This document shows, piece after piece, positions 58,573 through 64,000 of a DNA stretch of 64,000 nt; the stretch's first letter is position 1; the number at the start of each line of letters is the position of its first letter. The notes under the pieces are model-generated. The model was not told where the DNA came from, searched no databases, and saw only the letters and a list, made by a program, of their open reading frames with translations. The stretch comes from the human T2T-CHM13v2.0 reference genome, Homo sapiens, in NCBI RefSeq assembly GCF_009914755.1, contig NC_060928.1; one strand, given 5' to 3'. A program made the position numbers and the translations under genes.

Positions 58573-59466
58573 TATTGCAGGATCTGGTCAGCAGCCCGCA
58601 ATGCAACGGGGCTCTCTCTTCGTTCCCAGGTAGATCGGCAGGTTGAAAAATAAGACACACAGAAGATAGTGAAAACTGGGTCCAGGAGGGTCACCGCCTT
58701 CTGGTCCCATGGTGCCAACAATGCACTGGATATACCAGCATTTATTATTAAGTTTAGTGAGGGTGGGGGTAGGTTAGTGAGGGATTTAGGGTCATTTGAT
58801 TATGAGGTGAGATGGTCACATGGGGATGAAGTAATTCTTTAACATAACATTTGTATGTAGAAGTACAGTACATTTGTATGTAAAAATACAGTATACAGAG
58901 ATAAGAATTTCCAATATAGTGTGTGTGTCAGTAATTTCTAACAGAGCCTTAAAACAGAAAAACAATCTTTCCATAACCTATGATTAGCAAGATATTAATC
59001 AGCAGTAACTGTTGCAACAAAAGCTGGTGACAAACAATCCATGGAAACAGGACATGAAACTAGACAACCGGTTAGACCAGAAATTCTCAGAAGGGAGTAT
59101 GCCTTAACCCTAAAGAGGCCTAGAAGAGCCGCAGCAAGATGAGGGCGTTTATAGCCCTATCTTATCCATATGGACAGGCGCCCCCATGCGTCCGTTTATA
59201 GGCTCTCCACGTGGGTCGCGTTCCATTCCCAGAGCTATGAACATCTGCTTTTCTGGGATAGGAATCTTGGTGATGTGAAACCTCCCTGACTGCACGTCCA
59301 TTCATAGGGTCTCTGCAGGGGGAAGCACATCACACACTGTGGGCTCGTTCTGGCAGTCCAACCTGGCATTGTCTTTACACAGTCCTGCATGCAATTTTGT
59401 ATTTACAATAATCAGGAGCATTTTATCTTTTATTCTATAGCGATAGTTTCAGGGGGTCTCCCTACA
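58573..59466 (-). mobile_element. ERVK-type solo LTR (probably MER11D, HML-7)
   Basis: 894 bp; reverse strand starts tgtagggagacccc; AATAAA on minus strand (~58741); perfect 6-bp TSD gagagc at 58567-58572 and 59467-59472; some CpGs retained. Confidence 0.75.
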
Positions 59467-62400
59467 GAGAGCAAAATAAATTTTTGATAATATAGGAAGT
59501 TTAACTTAGGTAGTTCCTGGACTGATGGATTTATTTTCTCTATGGTTTTCACACTGAATATATAATTGCTTCCTCCATTTAAGCTAGGTTTCAATAAAGA
59601 CACCTCTAATTTATAATGTACCTTTTAATTGACTTAGTTAACTCTGATTATATAACTGCAAATTGGCAGATGTAAAATTTATTTAAATGGTGTTTCTCAA
59701 ATTTCAGAATAGAAGCATTTCTGTTTCCTTCAACCATACAATTTAAAATCAAGAAAACATGCAAATGTTAAATTGGGAGGTTGGAGTTTGCCAGTATATT
59801 TATTTGATTTTAACAAAAAATGTAGCTTTGCATATAAAGTGCATGCATTTCAATTCAATAATGACATAAGTAGGAATAACAGAGATGATTAAAAATGCTA
59901 CCTCAATTCCATATTCTAAGTATATCTTTATACCTCCAATTGGCTCTATGCTTTTTTATATCCCATCATCTTTAGTGATAAATGACCATAAAATTTTCAC
60001 ACCATAAAGGAGTTTCAAAATTATAGTTTCAAGTGTTTTTTGCATAGCTTCAAAATATAAAAACCAGAAAATTGAATACAATTTTCCAAACTGGTATGGG
60101 TAATGGAAAAAGAAATCCCACCCTGATTTCATTAAGATTAAATGCTGTTTCCACCATACAATAAATTGTCTTTACAATTTGCCAACTAAGTAAAAAAAAA
60201 TTCTATTATATTCTAATATTAAAGCCACCTCATATGCTACTGTCTTCACAGGGACAATAAAACAATGACATTCTATTTTGTGTTTCTGTTTACTGAAGAT
60301 AATTGTGTTAAAACAATAGGTAATGATGGATATTTTAGAAGGATATATAAATCAAACACACAGAGAACTTAATGTGGAAGTATGTATGTTTACATGTACA
60401 CACTTATCTACATATAGTCATTAAACACTTGGATTTGCAAGGACTACACAAATAAACATATGTGCCCTTGAAAAAATCATAAGAGGCTGTGAAATAAGCT
60501 TTTGTGTAAGAATTAAGTCTATATACTACACTAGTGCTTATTTAAGATCCATTAATGTGACATCTTAGTTGAAGATCATTTTGTTGTGGAAAGAGATTTC
60601 TATTGTGGTCAGAGCCCACGATAGAAGGAAAAAAAAATACTCAATACTGCAGGGGTTTCAGTTCCTTCTCAAATTCTACCTTATAATGTTCATGATATAT
60701 TCTTATCTTCATGCACTATGATGTATAGTGTTGCCATTAACTTATAAATTATATCGCCAGACATTTTGGAGAAAACTTAAATTTATTTTGAACTATTTCA
60801 AGAATATAAAATGAATAAAGAATACAAAAAATTCTGTCTCCACTATTAACAAATAAAGCTTAAAACAGAGTTGAATCATTCCTACATATTTTACTGATTG
60901 TATTCTTCTTCCACATAGAGATATTTACATTTCTGAATTTATATTTATCACCCCTTTACATTCTTTATATTTTACTTCATATGTATGCACTCTGAAACAT
61001 TGTGACTAAACTAGAACTATGCATATGAATATAAATTAATTTTAAAAACATAATTTTTATGAAATATTAAAAGAAATAAGTTGGTGAAAAACTAAGTAGC
61101 ATATATAACAACCATTACATGAAGTTTTATTCAGTTTTATGTCTACCTATAAACATTGTGTAATTCTCTATGTCTCTAGTAGTTTCTTCTACATATAGTT
61201 TGCTAAACAATACATAAGATTTTCTTAACAAATCTTGACCCCACCAACTTCCACTCACTAGTAGAGTCTTATCAACTTGATTCTATAACCGAGGGACCGT
61301 GATCAATCTACCTAATTACTATATTCATTATATCAGATCCCTTGGAAGCAACTAATACTTTCTTTCTGTCTCCTGACATCTGATATTGCCACATAACATC
61401 TAACAGCTTTATTTATCAAGAGATACCTTAGTTCTGAGGGTCTGTTTTTTTTTTCAGTGTCATCATTCATATAAACCTTTCATTCTTTTTTTTTTGAACT
61501 GCTGATATTTTATCACTGTATCACTATCTGGCAGAAACCTAGAAGGTCTTTTAAAACTTCATACACATTACACTGATATAAAATATAGCATATAGAATAA
61601 TAACTGCTCATCAATAGCATTTGACGTCAGGATCTATTTTAATTAAGACTCACATTTTCTGATACATGTGAAACAAACATACTTCTCTGTTAAATGGACT
61701 GCTTAATACTTTTACACAAAGATCTTCATAAAGTGTGAGAGACCATTTAAGTATAATAATAATCTGGGTTGCTGCCATTTTTCTTCCTCTTTTTATCACA
61801 AAAGGCAATCTGTGCAATCCTGTATTATAGAAGGACATAGAGCATAGAGAGAAAAAAAATTAAATTAATTACATATTCTAAGCAAGATTAGAAAGCAGTA
61901 ATAACCCAAAGAGAAAGATAAAATACCACTGAATAGTGGAATTCTAAAAACCGTAAAGACATTTCACATTAGAATTAAATTACATAAAAAACAAAGTTAC
62001 CCCTAGCCCTTATCAAAAGTTCCTGTGTCTTGTGAGAGCAGAAACAATCACATCAGACACATATATTGAGAAAATGTAATGAAGAGCAATGAAACTTAAT
62101 TGAAGTGCTTTTGGCCATTAGGGTCAGGCCTTCAGTGGATTAGAGGCACATACTATTAGGCACTGCTCTTGCTATTTCCATTTAATGTCAGTTTAATGTA
62201 GGTGCACGCACTGGTCTTCTGCTCCAATTAAATTAGTCAAAGTTATATTTTGAAATGTTCCAATACAGAGTTAACCTTGGGGAAATATACTAATAATATT
62301 AGAAGATGATATATTTTAAGAAATATTTTACTAAAAGAAATAATTGCATTATATTAACAATCTGTTATTTCACTGGAATAAATTATATTGGCTTTCAACA

Positions 62401-63378
62401 TGTCTACATTTAAATATTTCATCTGCCTTATTCATCCTGAAGTTACACACACACACACTCAACAAGTATCACCTGTTTGCACCTGTATAATGAAGGTTAG
62501 ATCTTTTCTTCTTTTCTTCAAATATTTTTTTCTGTTCTTTGACCTGAAATAAGATTTATTCTCTTGTGAATTTATCTAGTCATTCCAGTTGTAGCAGTTG
62601 CCTATTTGAATAGATAGCTTGAGGTCAGAACTTCACACCAGGAGAGCCTCAGAGGACAATGTTTTCTTTCACTGTGTCTCTCCACTGGGACATGACTGTC
62701 ACCCTCATAAGTAATAAATAAACAAATACCAGATATTGCTAAAATTGTGAATTGAGATATGTAAATAATCAAGTAGAGATTAAATAGCAGAACAAATGTG
62801 ATGCATATAAATAAATATGTTATTGATTTTCTTCCAAATATAAAATTGACAAAAGTTATAAAATTAATAGGTGAAATAAAAAGTGGTGAATTATTGGCCT
62901 TCTTTCTAATATGTGATTGTAGAAAATCACATAGATATTTAATAATTCCTATTGTTTTCAAATAACTCTGGACATTTATTAACACTCTTATGTTTAAGAC
63001 TCCCCACACACTCACATATAGAGCAATAGTGCTTTGCTATAAACTCTGAAAAGTTTGAGGTAACTTATGAAGAGCAAATTTCATGAGTTACCAAAAACAA
63101 TGAAATAAGATGAAGGAATTGATGTTATTCTTCAGATGCCTTAGACTTTACCCTTGCTGTTCATTTTTATCAAAATCCAGATGTCAAAAACTTTAGTACT
63201 TTGCAAGAGAAACTCATAGTTGAAGATGATCTTGACAGACTGTAACATGTGCATAATATGACTTGTTTATGGTTTAAAAGAATAAATATATAGACTTACT
63301 AATACAGGCTAATTGATATGACAAAACACATGAGAAAGCAAAGTCCCTGTGATTTAGAATTAATGAAAATACTATTGA

Positions 63379-63812
63379 TGGATAGTTAGGTTGATTCCCT
63401 GTCTTTGGTATTATAAATAGTGCTGCAATGAACATGCAGGTGCATGTGTTCTAAAATAGAATAATTTATATTCTACTGGGTATATACCCAGTAACGGGAT
63501 TGCTGGGTTGAATGCTATTTCTGTCTTTAGGTGTGTGAGGAATTGCCACACTCTATTGTGAGAGCTAAATGATGAGAGCACATGGATACATAGAGGGGAA
63601 CAACATGCACTGGGGCGGTTCGGAAGGTGGAGGTGGGAGGATGGAGAGGATCAGGAAAAATAACTAATGGGTACTAGGCTTGATAACTGGGTGATTAAAT
63701 AATCTGTACAACAAAATCATATGAGACAAATTTTCCTACATAACAAACCTGCACTTGTACCCTCAACTTAAAGTAAAAGTTAAAATAAATAAGAATAAAA
63801 TACAAAAAACAA
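63379..63812 (+). mobile_element. Short L1PA13-15-like element with inverted 5' segment (~63379-63552)
   Basis: Minus-strand L1 (gggtatatacccagtaacgggattgctggg) joined to plus-strand 3'UTR (gagaggatcaggaaaaataactaatgggtactagg); TSD taatgaaaata(c/a)tattga at 63361-63378 and 63813-63830. Confidence 0.9.
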
Positions 63813-64000
63813 TAATGAAAATAATATTGAGACTCCCTAGGAGCTCTAGTTACAGATACAGCACATACAACTCTGTATGTAATTTAAACAAAATAAGAAT
63901 ACAATCACAAAATTCACCACTTGACAAGGACTATTAGGTATAAAAAGACAAATATTAATTTTAATTAAGAACTAAATTTCTAGAAAGATACATTTATTAT

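Overview
AT-rich, CpG-depleted primate (human-like) nuclear DNA, intergenic or deep intronic. I find no credible protein-coding exon, RNA gene or CpG island, and every listed ORF is either a chance ORF or a decayed fragment of L1, ERV-L or Alu. Much of the window is recognisable interspersed repeat: L1s of several ages (two with twin-priming 5' inversions), seven Alus, MaLR/ERVL/ERVK LTRs, a decayed ~5.3 kb ERV-L provirus, Tigger/MADE1 DNA transposons and MIR/L2 relics. I see no evidence of a new gene system. The most notable signals are mechanistic fossils: (1) a ~115 bp LTR12 R-region piece that looks retroposed by L1 machinery into an L1; (2) a 109 bp inverted copy taken from ~3 kb away, with scrambled templated filler at an L1 breakpoint; (3) nested LTR insertions and local template-switch or duplication scars. 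Subfamily names come from remembered consensus sequences and need RepeatMasker/Dfam confirmation.
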